DNA from: a virus
Taxonomy: Duplodnaviria; Caudoviricetes
Direction: 5' to 3' (one strand)
Virus record (IMG/VR): IMGVR_UViG_3300048856_000130
Span: 1-54,640 of that record
Length of the DNA: 54,640 bases
A program made the position numbers and the translations under genes. Within the stretch, counting starts at the first letter, position 1; every line of letters begins with the position of its first letter. The notes under the pieces were generated by a model. The model had not been told where the DNA came from and ran no database searches. It saw nothing but the letters and a program-made list of their open reading frames with translations. Below are positions 9,145 through 17,340 of the stretch, one piece after another.

Positions 9145-9531
9145 CTAGTTTAGCAGGCGTGGCCCATAGTTGATCAGAGCCACTAGGAGGCCGACAGCGC
9201 CCCCAACAATGGCGACTGTCCGCTGCACCCGGGCGGCGGCTTTGTCGACCGCTGACTCTATGTCGCCCTTCATCTCTACCTTAGTCGGTATATGCGAGAG
9301 CCGTTCTTTCATCGTCGCCACGTCGACCGGCACGCCAGCCAACTTAGCCAAGTCAACTTGTACGGCCGCGACCTGCGCTTCGAGCTTGGCGATGCGTGGC
9401 TCCATGCCTGGGGACATGCCATCTCCACCTCCGTCATTCAAGGGCGGCTTGGGCGGGCGCCCCCGGTAGTGCCCACCGGATCGGAGGTCATCAATAATGT
9501 GTCGGTAATCCGGGTCGGTATCATCGACCAT
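9145..9531 (-). CDS. Coiled-coil protein with C-terminal transmembrane helix
   Basis: GGGDGMSPGMEPRIAKLE coil; hydrophobic C-terminus. Confidence 0.7.
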   Translation of the reverse strand: MVDDTDPDYRHIIDDLRSGGHYRGRPPKPPLNDGGGDGMSPGMEPRIAKLEAQVAAVQVDLAKLAGVPVDVATMKERLSHIPTKVEMKGDIESAVDKAAARVQRTVAIVGGAVGLLVALINYGPRLLN

Positions 9532-9841
9532 GCAGAACCTCCTGGATGGTTTTTAGCTCTGCATCCAAGCGCTCACTGTCCTCGCGGCTGCGGGAATGCT
9601 CTTCACGAAGAGCCTCCAAAATCTGCTTGAGGCTGGAGGAGCCGTCCCGAAGGCTGCTCTTAGCCAGTTCATCTTCGCCGAGCCGCGCAGCTGCAATGGC
9701 AATCATAGCGTTGGACAGCACGCCTGCGATATCGACCGTGATATCGAGCAGCCGCAGCCTCGCATGAGCCTCATGCCCACGGTGCACGAGCAGATCTACT
9801 CGCTCAGACAAACGCTGAAGGTCTGGCCGCTCCGCGCTCAT
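9521..9841 (-). CDS. Hypothetical helical protein downstream of cI
   Basis: ATGA overlap with the cI stop. Confidence 0.65.
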   Translation of the reverse strand: MSAERPDLQRLSERVDLLVHRGHEAHARLRLLDITVDIAGVLSNAMIAIAAARLGEDELAKSSLRDGSSSLKQILEALREEHSRSREDSERLDAELKTIQEVLHGR

Positions 9842-10482
9842 AGCTCCCTCGCGTACCAGATCACCCTGCCCTCGATCCGAAGATCTTCAGCGTCGACCTC
9901 GAAATCCGGCACATGCGGATTATCGGAGATCACCATCACCCGGCGCTTCCCGGCGACGCGCAGCCGCTTGATGCCGTGCGTCCCCAGGTGGTCGATCCAG
10001 TAGATGCCGTTGATGCGCGACAGCGCCCGCTCGTTGATGTCCACCATCACGCGGTCGCCCGTCCGCAGGGTCGGCTCCATGCTGTCACCGATGCCTTTGA
10101 CCAGGCGCAGGCGGTCGGTCGGTGTCCGCGTGATCGACTGAACCAGCGACAGGCCCATCTTCACCGGCTCGGACTCGATGAAGTCCTCGATCAGCGTGCC
10201 CGGCCCCATCGACAGCGACAGGTCAAGCGCGGTGATTTCCACCACGTCATCGTCGCTGGCACTTGGATGGTGAGGCTTGGGCGCGATGGGGTCACCGCCG
10301 ATCAGATCGCGAGGCTCGACGTCGAGCGCCTTGCCGATCCGTTGAAGCCAGTCGGTGTCTAGTGTGCGGTCGCCCCGCTCCAGCTTGCCGAGCATGTTCA
10401 GCGTCGTGCCGATGCGCTCGGCCAACTCCGTCTGGGAGAGGCCGCGGCTCTTGCGGTAAAAGGCGATGTTGTTGTCGGACAC
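9838..10482 (-). CDS. cI: CI-like repressor (XRE HTH + S24 peptidase)
   Basis: GTG start; RKSRGLSQTELAERIG HTH; GDSMEPT and IKRL catalytic Ser/Lys. Confidence 0.93.
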   Translation of the reverse strand: MSDNNIAFYRKSRGLSQTELAERIGTTLNMLGKLERGDRTLDTDWLQRIGKALDVEPRDLIGGDPIAPKPHHPSASDDDVVEITALDLSLSMGPGTLIEDFIESEPVKMGLSLVQSITRTPTDRLRLVKGIGDSMEPTLRTGDRVMVDINERALSRINGIYWIDHLGTHGIKRLRVAGKRRVMVISDNPHVPDFEVDAEDLRIEGRVIWYAREL

Positions 10483-10488
10483 GCTCCG

Positions 10489-10579
10489 CTTGTGCCCCGT
10501 CTGGGCACTAAACAACAGAGGACCAGCTGGGCACATTATGCCCTTGCCGGATGTGCCCATATAGGGCATATTAGGGCGC
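10489..10579. promoter_or_regulatory. OR region with PR and probable PRM
   Basis: TGCCC-N5-GGGCA at 10493-10507 and 10554-10568 plus half-sites; TTGCCG-17-CATATT ends 7 nt before the cro ATG. Confidence 0.75.
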
Positions 10580-10774
10580 ATGAAGCTGATCGATTATCTC
10601 AAGGGTAAGCCCGAGACCGTCTCCGACTTCGCTGCTCGGATCGGTGAGGCCGAAACCACGATCCGCAAGATCGTCTACGGCCAACGTCAACCCTCCCTCC
10701 CCTTGGCGGTGAAAATCTCCGAGGCGACAGACGGGAAGACCAGCCCGGGCGAGCTCGTCCGCGAGGCCGCATGA
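10580..10774 (+). CDS. cro: Cro-like HTH protein
   Basis: 64 aa HTH, divergent from cI. Confidence 0.88.
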   Translation: MKLIDYLKGKPETVSDFAARIGEAETTIRKIVYGQRQPSLPLAVKISEATDGKTSPGELVREAA

Positions 10775-10886
10775 CCGCCCCCACCGCCGCCCCGGCGACC
10801 TTCCCATACCTGTCCCACCGCACCGTCGCCCAGGTCGACGCCGACCGCGCGCGCAAGCTTCCCGCACCTCACAAGGAGCGCTCCGC

Positions 10887-11054
10887 ATGAATATCCAGCA
10901 GATCGCGATCGCGTCCCTCGTGGTCGCCCTCATCATGGGCGCCAGCCTTCCCCGCACCGAGGACGACCCGGTCGAGCCCTTCGAACCCGCTGAGGCTCCC
11001 GGCCCCGATGCAATCCAGATCAACTCCCATGACGGTGCAATGCAGCATGGCTAA
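10887..11054 (+). CDS. Small protein with N-terminal hydrophobic segment (MNIQQIAIASLVVALIMG...)
   Basis: AAGGAG RBS; preceded by a 39-aa ORF at 10771-10890; read manually. Confidence 0.55.
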   Translation: MNIQQIAIASLVVALIMGASLPRTEDDPVEPFEPAEAPGPDAIQINSHDGAMQHG

Positions 11055-11493
11055 CCCGCATATCCACGGCAATCGCGCCGTCTATTCCGCCTCTACCGCT
11101 CTGGAAGCCGCAGGACGCGCGCTCGCAGAGATCAAGTCGCAGGACCGCCTCACATGGTCCGACGTCGGCGCGGTGCTCGGTGTCTCCGAGGATCAGGCCG
11201 CGAAGTATGCAGACGGCACCTCCACCATGAGCTTCGTCACCTTCGGGCGTGGCAAGAAGGAATGGAACGGCCGCTTCACTGGCTATTTCGACCGCCTGTG
11301 CGAAGACAGCCGCCCGGGCAAGGTGGACGATCGCCACGGTCACACCACGATCCTGCAGGCGGCGCTCGCGCTGTCGGTGGCGCTGGAAGACGGCGACATC
11401 TCCCCCGAGGAAGTGCGCGCCAACCGGCACACCCTTGAGAACGCCCGCGACGCCATCGAGGCGCAGCTGGCCAAGCTGGTGTTGCGCGCATGA
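11047..11493 (+). CDS. CII-like regulator
   Basis: HTH (LTWSDVGAVLGVSEDQAAKY) and ALEDGDISPEE motif; position after cro. Confidence 0.65.
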   Translation: MANPHIHGNRAVYSASTALEAAGRALAEIKSQDRLTWSDVGAVLGVSEDQAAKYADGTSTMSFVTFGRGKKEWNGRFTGYFDRLCEDSRPGKVDDRHGHTTILQAALALSVALEDGDISPEEVRANRHTLENARDAIEAQLAKLVLRA

Positions 11494-12080
11494 GCATCTG
11501 CCTCGACTGCCCCGCGCCGGTCAGCGCCCGCGGACGCCGCTGCCGCTCATGCGCCATGCGCCTGGTCGCCCAGACCACGAACTACAAGAACCGGCAGCCC
11601 CGCTCTAACACTCCCTTCACGCAGGAGCAGATCGACCGGATCCGCCGGCTCTGCGCCCAGTACGGCACGGTCACGGCCGCCGAGATCGCCAAGACCAGCA
11701 CTGGCGCCATCTCGCGCCTCAAGCGCCGGGGATGGACCGTGGCAAGCCGCCACGCACCCCGCCGGCCGCGCCCGACGGACTTCGCCATCCAGAGCGACGG
11801 CATGACGGTCCACCAGCTGATGCGGCATTACCGCGCTGGCACCAACACCATCCTGAAGTGGTGCAAGGAAGTCGGTCGAAAGCCGATGCAGGGAACCCCG
11901 CCCCGCGCCGTCCTCCCCGCCGACTTCCTCGAGCAGACGCGCGTCCTTGGGCTGAATGCTGCCGCAGAGAAGTTCGGGATCCACCCGGACACGCTGCGGA
12001 AGCGCGTGAAGTTGGCGACCCCCAAGCCGGACCGCAGCTTCGGTTGGACCGATCGCTACGCCGAGAGGAAGGCAGCATGA
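11490..12080 (+). CDS. Zn-ribbon + multiple HTH protein
   Basis: CLDC...CRSC; several HTH-like segments. Confidence 0.65.
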   Translation: MSICLDCPAPVSARGRRCRSCAMRLVAQTTNYKNRQPRSNTPFTQEQIDRIRRLCAQYGTVTAAEIAKTSTGAISRLKRRGWTVASRHAPRRPRPTDFAIQSDGMTVHQLMRHYRAGTNTILKWCKEVGRKPMQGTPPRAVLPADFLEQTRVLGLNAAAEKFGIHPDTLRKRVKLATPKPDRSFGWTDRYAERKAA

Positions 12081-12298
12081 ACGGCCGCTCTTCCTCCTTT
12101 TCGGGTGCCGTCACGTCGCAGCGCCACGCGCTGCAGGACTGCACAGCATTCATCAGCAACGCGACGGTCGCCTCGCTCCTGGCCATGACCGCCGACCGCC
12201 TGTGCCGCGACAAGAGCCTGACCGACCCGGCCATGCGCGCCGACGTCGCCGACATGCTGGCGAAGGCTCAGACCCGCGAGCGGAGGCGCGCGGCATGA
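12077..12298 (+). CDS. Hypothetical protein
   Basis: ATGA coupling. Confidence 0.6.
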   Translation: MNGRSSSFSGAVTSQRHALQDCTAFISNATVASLLAMTADRLCRDKSLTDPAMRADVADMLAKAQTRERRRAA

Positions 12299-12474
12299 TC
12301 GCCCTCCTCGCCCGCTTCCTCCCGTCCGCACCGGCTCCACAGCCCAACACGGACGCCGAGGACCGCCGCACCGCTCGCCGCATCGAGAGCGAACGCCAAC
12401 GCAAATCCTACGCAGAACGTCGCGCCGCAGAGTGCCGCGCGGCCCGACTGCGCTTCACCGGAGAACAAGCATGA
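12295..12474 (+). CDS. Hypothetical protein
   Basis: ATGA coupling. Confidence 0.55.
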   Translation: MIALLARFLPSAPAPQPNTDAEDRRTARRIESERQRKSYAERRAAECRAARLRFTGEQA

Positions 12475-12707
12475 GCGAGAGCGCAGAGCGCCTGCGGCTG
12501 CACGTCGAGGCCATCGAACGCCTTGAGAGCGAGAAGGCCGGCATCGGTGAGGACCTGAAGGAGCGGTATTCGCTCGCCAAGTCCGAAGGCTTTGACGCCA
12601 AGGCCCTGCGCCGCGTCGTCCGCGAGCGGAAGAAGGAGCGCCAAAAGCGCGAGGAGGAAGAGGCAATCTTCCAGACCTACGGCCAGCAGCTGGGGCTGTT
12701 CTCGTGA
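12471..12707 (+). CDS. gapR: GapR / DUF2312 family DNA-binding protein
   Basis: LRLHVEAIERLESEKAGIGEDLKERYSLAKSEGFDAKALRRVVRERK. Confidence 0.9.
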   Translation: MSESAERLRLHVEAIERLESEKAGIGEDLKERYSLAKSEGFDAKALRRVVRERKKERQKREEEEAIFQTYGQQLGLFS

Positions 12708-12946
12708 GCGCCGCTGATGACGTGCGCCAGGCGAAGGCTGCCGCCAAGTCGGTGATCGACGCGCTGCAGAACAGGAACCTGCACCCGATGGAGGCAATGG
12801 CTGCCGCCTCGTTCGCGCTGGGCGCAATGGTTGCTGCTGCCGCCGAGAATGGCATCAGCAAGCCGGGTCGTTCGGGGCAGTTGCTCGCTCACCTTTTTCA
12901 GCTCGCCGAAAGCGCGGCTGAGGAAGCGCTCGAGCAGAACGCCTGA
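12704..12946 (+). CDS. Hypothetical protein
   Basis: GTGA coupling. Confidence 0.6.
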   Translation: MSAADDVRQAKAAAKSVIDALQNRNLHPMEAMAAASFALGAMVAAAAENGISKPGRSGQLLAHLFQLAESAAEEALEQNA

Positions 12947-12947
12947 C

Positions 12948-13292
12948 ATGATCGAGCTGCCCTTCCCCGACAAGATCCTGTGGCCGAACGGCCGCGGGCA
13001 TCGCATGGCCAAGCATCGTGCTTTCCAGAAGCACAAGACCTGGGCCTACCACGCGATGCTCGCGCACGGCTGCAGCGCGGGCCTGGTCTTCGCGTCGCGC
13101 ATCGAGTGGGCGGTCACCTTCTACCCGAAGACCCGCCACGCGATCGATGACGACAACGCTCGCGCGTCCCTCAAGGCGTACCAGGACGGCCTCGCTGCCG
13201 CGCTTGGCGTCAATGATGCCATCTTCGCCGCGCCGCGCATCCAGTTTGCCGAGCCCGTCAAGGGCGGCAAGGTTGTGGTGACGCTCGGATGA
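12948..13292 (+). CDS. rusA: RusA-like Holliday junction resolvase
   Basis: IELPFP..LWPN, DDDNARASLKAYQDGLAAALGVNDAIF. Confidence 0.85.
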   Translation: MIELPFPDKILWPNGRGHRMAKHRAFQKHKTWAYHAMLAHGCSAGLVFASRIEWAVTFYPKTRHAIDDDNARASLKAYQDGLAAALGVNDAIFAAPRIQFAEPVKGGKVVVTLG

Positions 13293-13897
13293 TCGATCCC
13301 GCCGTCTTCCGCGCGCTTGTCGCGCAGGGGGCAACTCCCGAAATGCTGCTTGCAGTTGTTGAGGCCGACGCCGCTGCCGAAGAGGCAAAGCGCGTTACAC
13401 GTCGTGCCAAGACTGCTGAGCGGGTGCGCAAGCATCGCGCCAAGAAGGCTACGGATGACGGCGATGGTAACGCATGTAACGCGTTACAGGGCGTTACGGA
13501 GCGTTACAGCACCGAGCAAAAGAAACTTCCCCCAGACCCCCTAAAAGAAAACTACCCCCTAGAGACCTCTGACGAGGTCCCCCCCCCCATTTTGTTTTCG
13601 GAAGAACCGACTGGAGAACCACCGCTGACGGCGGAGGAAGTTCTCGAGGCGTGGAACGTTACCGCCGACAAGTGCGGGCTTCCGAAAGCTCGGCTCACCC
13701 CGCAGCGCCGCCGCAAGCTCGGCCCGCTGATCCGCCAGCACGGCATCGAAGACTTCGGGGCAGCGCTCCAAGCCGTCGAACGCTCGCCGTTCCTTCGCGG
13801 CGGCAACAACCGCGGTTGGCGGGCTGACTTCGACTTCTTCCTGCAGACCAGCAGCTTCACCAAACTCATCGAGGGTTCTTATGACGGGACGAACTAA
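13289..13897 (+). CDS. Phage replication initiator
   Basis: Central iteron region; C-terminal SPFLRG.N.RGWRADFDFFL...KLIEGSY domain. Confidence 0.8.
   Translation: MIDPAVFRALVAQGATPEMLLAVVEADAAAEEAKRVTRRAKTAERVRKHRAKKATDDGDGNACNALQGVTERYSTEQKKLPPDPLKENYPLETSDEVPPPILFSEEPTGEPPLTAEEVLEAWNVTADKCGLPKARLTPQRRRKLGPLIRQHGIEDFGAALQAVERSPFLRGGNNRGWRADFDFFLQTSSFTKLIEGSYDGTN
13467..13590. repeat. Probable replication origin: GTAACGC/GCGTTAC iterons followed by A-tracts
   Basis: GTAACGC at 13467 and 13476; GCGTTAC at 13481, 13491, 13501 (also 13392); about 10-bp phasing. Confidence 0.7.
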
Positions 13898-14129
13898 TCG
13901 CCTGATTGCCGCCAGCTCGTCCTCCTCCGGGGCCAGCGACACCGGATGCCCCAAAGACCTCGACGGCTACTGCGCCTGGCTCAACGTCCGGGAAGCACGC
14001 CGGGGCCAGTGGGTGATCGCCACCGACAAGGAAGGGCGCCGCTACCTCGACTGGCACGAGGACATCGCGACCGATGACTGGCTCCGGGAGAAGGGGCTCG
14101 TGCCGAAGATCGGGAGCCGGGCGGCATGA
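13881..14129 (+). CDS. Hypothetical protein
   Basis: Overlaps the initiator stop. Confidence 0.6.
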   Translation: MTGRTNRLIAASSSSSGASDTGCPKDLDGYCAWLNVREARRGQWVIATDKEGRRYLDWHEDIATDDWLREKGLVPKIGSRAA

Positions 14130-14599
14130 GCAAGCGGCAGCCCACATTGCGCGAGGCAGAGCGGGCGGTCGCCGACATCCACCGGACCCTCTCGTTCGCG
14201 AAGGAGGCCCGGCCTGCGGAATGGGAGCCCGCGCGGGAAGAGACCTATTGGCAAGCGGCCTCGCCGCTCAAGGCCAACGGGTTCTGGGTAAGGTATGAAC
14301 GCGCTCGCTACTGGGAGGCCGTCCGCTGGCCGATGAGCCGGATCGATAAGCATTGCGATGACTGCGAGTGCGCGCTCCAGGACCGTCGCGATGGTGGCTG
14401 CGCGCTTTCCTACGACCCGCGCTGGCTGATCTCAAACCCGGCGGCTCGCGATCCACGCGCATCTGGTCTGTATCAGCCTCGCTACGTCTGCCGGCCCTGC
14501 TGGAACCGGGTCCGCCCACGGCTGCGCCAAGCCGAAGCGATCAACGAAAACCGCCTGATGATCGGGCGCCTCAAGAGGGAGATGCGCAATGCAGCTTAA
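14126..14599 (+). CDS. Cys-containing (Zn-finger-like) hypothetical protein
   Basis: CDDCEC...CRPC. Confidence 0.65.
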   Translation: MSKRQPTLREAERAVADIHRTLSFAKEARPAEWEPAREETYWQAASPLKANGFWVRYERARYWEAVRWPMSRIDKHCDDCECALQDRRDGGCALSYDPRWLISNPAARDPRASGLYQPRYVCRPCWNRVRPRLRQAEAINENRLMIGRLKREMRNAA

Positions 14600-15032
14600 G
14601 ACCGCTGGTGACCTACGCGGCTTCCTCGCCGACGTGCTGGTCGGGATCAAAGACGGCACGGTCGACGCGAGCCAGGCGCACGCGATCAGCAAGGTCGCAG
14701 CCCAGATCAACTCGTCCCTCGCGACTGAGGTTCAGGCACGGATGCACCTCAAGGGCCTGGATGGCGAAGTGGCCGGAAGCATGGTGATCGCCGGGGCTGC
14801 GCCGGAAGAGCCGGTGAAAGCCATAGCGCCGCACCCGCCCGTCGCGGACACGATCGACCCTTCGAAGGTCGCACCTGTCGGGATCGTTCAGCTTGAGGAC
14901 GCGACCGCGAACTTCCGCCGCACCAAGCAGGACGCCGACAGGGTCTGGTGTGACCAGTGCGACATGAGCGCCACGGTGGCTCAGGCTGTCGGCTGCAAGT
15001 CCCGCTTTTGCAAGGCGAAGGAAGCGGCCTGA
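14589..15032 (+). CDS. Hypothetical protein (helical N-terminus, Cys-rich C-terminus)
   Basis: N-terminus resembles ORF 43222-43485. Confidence 0.65.
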   Translation: MQLKTAGDLRGFLADVLVGIKDGTVDASQAHAISKVAAQINSSLATEVQARMHLKGLDGEVAGSMVIAGAAPEEPVKAIAPHPPVADTIDPSKVAPVGIVQLEDATANFRRTKQDADRVWCDQCDMSATVAQAVGCKSRFCKAKEAA

Positions 15033-15070
15033 CCAGCCCCACCGCCAACAATTCAACCAAGGAACGAAGC

Positions 15071-15565
15071 ATGCAAATCGCAAACATCGCCGGAAACCTC
15101 GGCAAGGACGCCGAACTCAAGTCCACGCAGGGCGGAGACCAGTTCTGCCGCTTCTCCGTCGCCGTCTCCACCGGCCGGGGCGACAATAAGACCACGACCT
15201 GGTGGGACGTCACACGCTGGGGCAAGGGCGCGGACAAGCTCGCCGGCTTCCTGAAGAAGGGCGCCAAGGTCGCGGTGTCGGGCGAGATCTCGACCCGCGA
15301 GCATGAGGGCAAGACGTACCTGCAGATCCGCGCCGACCATGTGACGCTGCAAGGCGATGCTGGTGGTGCTGGGCAGCGCAGTGACGGTGGCGAGCGGCAG
15401 TCCAGCGGGACCGGCAATGGCGGTGGTGGTGGCTCACGCGGACGGCAGTCGGGCGGCGGGTTCGGTGGTGGGTTCGGGGGTGATGACCTTGAGGACGACG
15501 TACCCTTCGCGAGCTGCGATCCCGCGTTCGATCTGCCGGGTAGCCACCGGCGGCGGGTGCTGTGA
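15071..15565 (+). CDS. ssb: Single-stranded DNA-binding protein
   Basis: IAGNLGKDAE OB fold, Gly-rich linker, DDLEDDVPF. Confidence 0.95.
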   Translation: MQIANIAGNLGKDAELKSTQGGDQFCRFSVAVSTGRGDNKTTTWWDVTRWGKGADKLAGFLKKGAKVAVSGEISTREHEGKTYLQIRADHVTLQGDAGGAGQRSDGGERQSSGTGNGGGGGSRGRQSGGGFGGGFGGDDLEDDVPFASCDPAFDLPGSHRRRVL

Positions 15566-15810
15566 TGGGGAAGGCGCTTGCAGCCTGGGTCGCGGTGTTC
15601 GCCGTCGTAGTGGTCTTTGGCCACAATGAACGGGTCAAAGCCTACCGTTCTGGCTTCGATGCTGGGGTGAAGACGACCCTGTGCGCCACCCGCGTGGCTC
15701 AGACTGGGGCGCCGTCGCCAGCTTGCGAGGAACTGGAGCCCGGGCAGCGTGAGTACGCGATGCGCCTAGGCCGCGAGATCGCTGCTGAAGTGCGGGAGGC
15801 CCGGCCATGA
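15565..15810 (+). CDS. Small membrane-anchored protein
   Basis: N-terminal TM. Confidence 0.6.
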   Translation: MGKALAAWVAVFAVVVVFGHNERVKAYRSGFDAGVKTTLCATRVAQTGAPSPACEELEPGQREYAMRLGREIAAEVREARP

Positions 15811-15947
15811 AAACCGGCCTCACCGCATTCCTCATCGACCTGCTCAGCAACAAGCTCGCCACCCGCGACGCTCACAAGCTCGCCGAGGAATACGCCATCC
15901 GGGCCGATTTCGCGGCGGGGTATCTCAAGCAGTGGATCTCGCGATGA
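15807..15947 (+). CDS. Small hypothetical protein (46 aa)
   Basis: ATGA-coupled, MKTGLTAFLIDLL. Confidence 0.5.
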   Translation: MKTGLTAFLIDLLSNKLATRDAHKLAEEYAIRADFAAGYLKQWISR

Positions 15948-15948
15948 G

Positions 15949-16107
15949 CTACAGCAGCGCGGCCTTGAGGATGGCTTCGATCTTCGCCCGGCCCGCGTCG
16001 TTGGCGGCACGGTACACGTCCGGATCCAGGCGCAGGGCGAACGTCCGGCGCTGCTGGTCGGCGGGGAGCTTGGGGCGGCCGGCGGTGCGGTTGGGGTGGT
16101 TGGGCAT
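15949..16107 (-). CDS. Ribbon-helix-helix protein (BrnA-antitoxin-like), 52 aa
   Basis: Read manually: MPNHPNRTAGRPKLPADQQRRTFALRLDPDVYRAAND... Confidence 0.65.
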   Translation of the reverse strand: MPNHPNRTAGRPKLPADQQRRTFALRLDPDVYRAANDAGRAKIEAILKAALL

Positions 16108-16108
16108 G

Positions 16109-16459
16109 TCAGTCTCCTCCGCGCATCGCTGCGCCGAAAATTGTCGCGGCCAGATCCGCGCTATCCAGCCAGCCGATCCAGAAACGTGGGAGGTCGTAGC
16201 GGTGCTCGATCCACCATTTGGCGTCGGGGTTGGCGAAAACCGGGATCAGGCGTGTTGCCAGTTGGTCGGGCCAGTCAGTTGGGAGCGTGCCAGGGGAGCG
16301 CCGATCGATGCGCGCGATTGCGGTGTGGAGATCGTCAGCGCCTGTGTACGCAAAGCGGCCGCGGATGGCCTGCGCCCATTCGACTTGGCGTGGCGACCCA
16401 TTGAGGGGCGGGAGATCGATGATCTCCCAGCCCCGGTAAGTGATCGCGGCGATGGGCAC
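16109..16459 (-). CDS. Hypothetical moron protein
   Basis: LPPLNGSPRQVEWAQAIR...DAKWWIEHR. Confidence 0.7.
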   Translation of the reverse strand: MPIAAITYRGWEIIDLPPLNGSPRQVEWAQAIRGRFAYTGADDLHTAIARIDRRSPGTLPTDWPDQLATRLIPVFANPDAKWWIEHRYDLPRFWIGWLDSADLAATIFGAAMRGGD

Positions 16460-16462
16460 GGC

Positions 16463-16771
16463 TCACATCACCTCGCTGTCGAGTTCGAGCGTAACGCGAT
16501 CGTTGAAGTTGGCGGCGGCGTCAGTCTCAGCGTGGCCGAGGACGACAGCGAGGGTGGTCTTCGCAGCCACGAAATCCGCCTGCGCGTCAGCGATCACCGT
16601 TGCGGCCGGCTGGACCGAGCCCGGGAAGATCGAGTTCACGGCGTCGGCACCGGCGTTGCGGCCGGCGCGGCTCGCATCCACAGCGGCACGCACCGCGTTG
16701 TCCATTACGGCGTTGAGCGCGTCGATGACGGCGTTGCGGACGGTGTTATTGCTGATGCTGATCGTCGCCAT
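16463..16771 (-). CDS. Hypothetical moron protein
   Basis: GGAG RBS; own promoter TTGCGC-17-CATACA at 16858-16830. Confidence 0.65.
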   Translation of the reverse strand: MATISISNNTVRNAVIDALNAVMDNAVRAAVDASRAGRNAGADAVNSIFPGSVQPAATVIADAQADFVAAKTTLAVVLGHAETDAAANFNDRVTLELDSEVM

Positions 16772-16996
16772 CGTCTGTCTCCGCCCCTGGTCCGGCGAGG
16801 CGCCCGGTCGGCTCCGTGCCGATGGATTGTGTATGTCATAAACCTACGGGGCGCGCAAGTGGTTCCGATGGTTTTTGGCATACGGGCGAGATATTTTTTG
16901 AAGCGTGCTCTGCGAGGCCATGGAGTGGACGCCACCCGCCACCCCCGCATGACGCCCGCCACCCACGCCCGGGATTACATTTGAGATGGAGCGGAA

Positions 16997-17221
16997 GTGA
17001 TGTTGCTCAAGGTAATCGAGACCGGCCGCAGATGGGGCGACAAGCGGGAGGATTCCGTCACCACCGTATCCGTCGCCGGGGTCAAGTGCACCGTGACGGA
17101 ATACGACTCATGGTCCGGCCCGATCGAGGTGGGGCAATCAGGTCAATATTTCCGAGTTGCGACGGTCGAGCCTGTCGCGGTGCGCGATGATCGGTGGGCT
17201 TCGAAGATGGAGCGGAAGTGA
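16997..17221 (+). CDS. Small hypothetical protein flanked by 19-bp direct repeats
   Basis: AGATGGAGCGGAAGTGATG at 16984-17002 and 17205-17223. Confidence 0.6.
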   Translation: MMLLKVIETGRRWGDKREDSVTTVSVAGVKCTVTEYDSWSGPIEVGQSGQYFRVATVEPVAVRDDRWASKMERK

Positions 17222-17340
17222 TGCGGCGATTTGAGGCACCGCACAGCGCCGCAAACACGAACCTAGGCAATCACACCGGGCACCCGCGTTTCGACGCCTG
17301 AGCCCCGCTTATTTCACGAAATTCGGCACGGAGAATGGGG

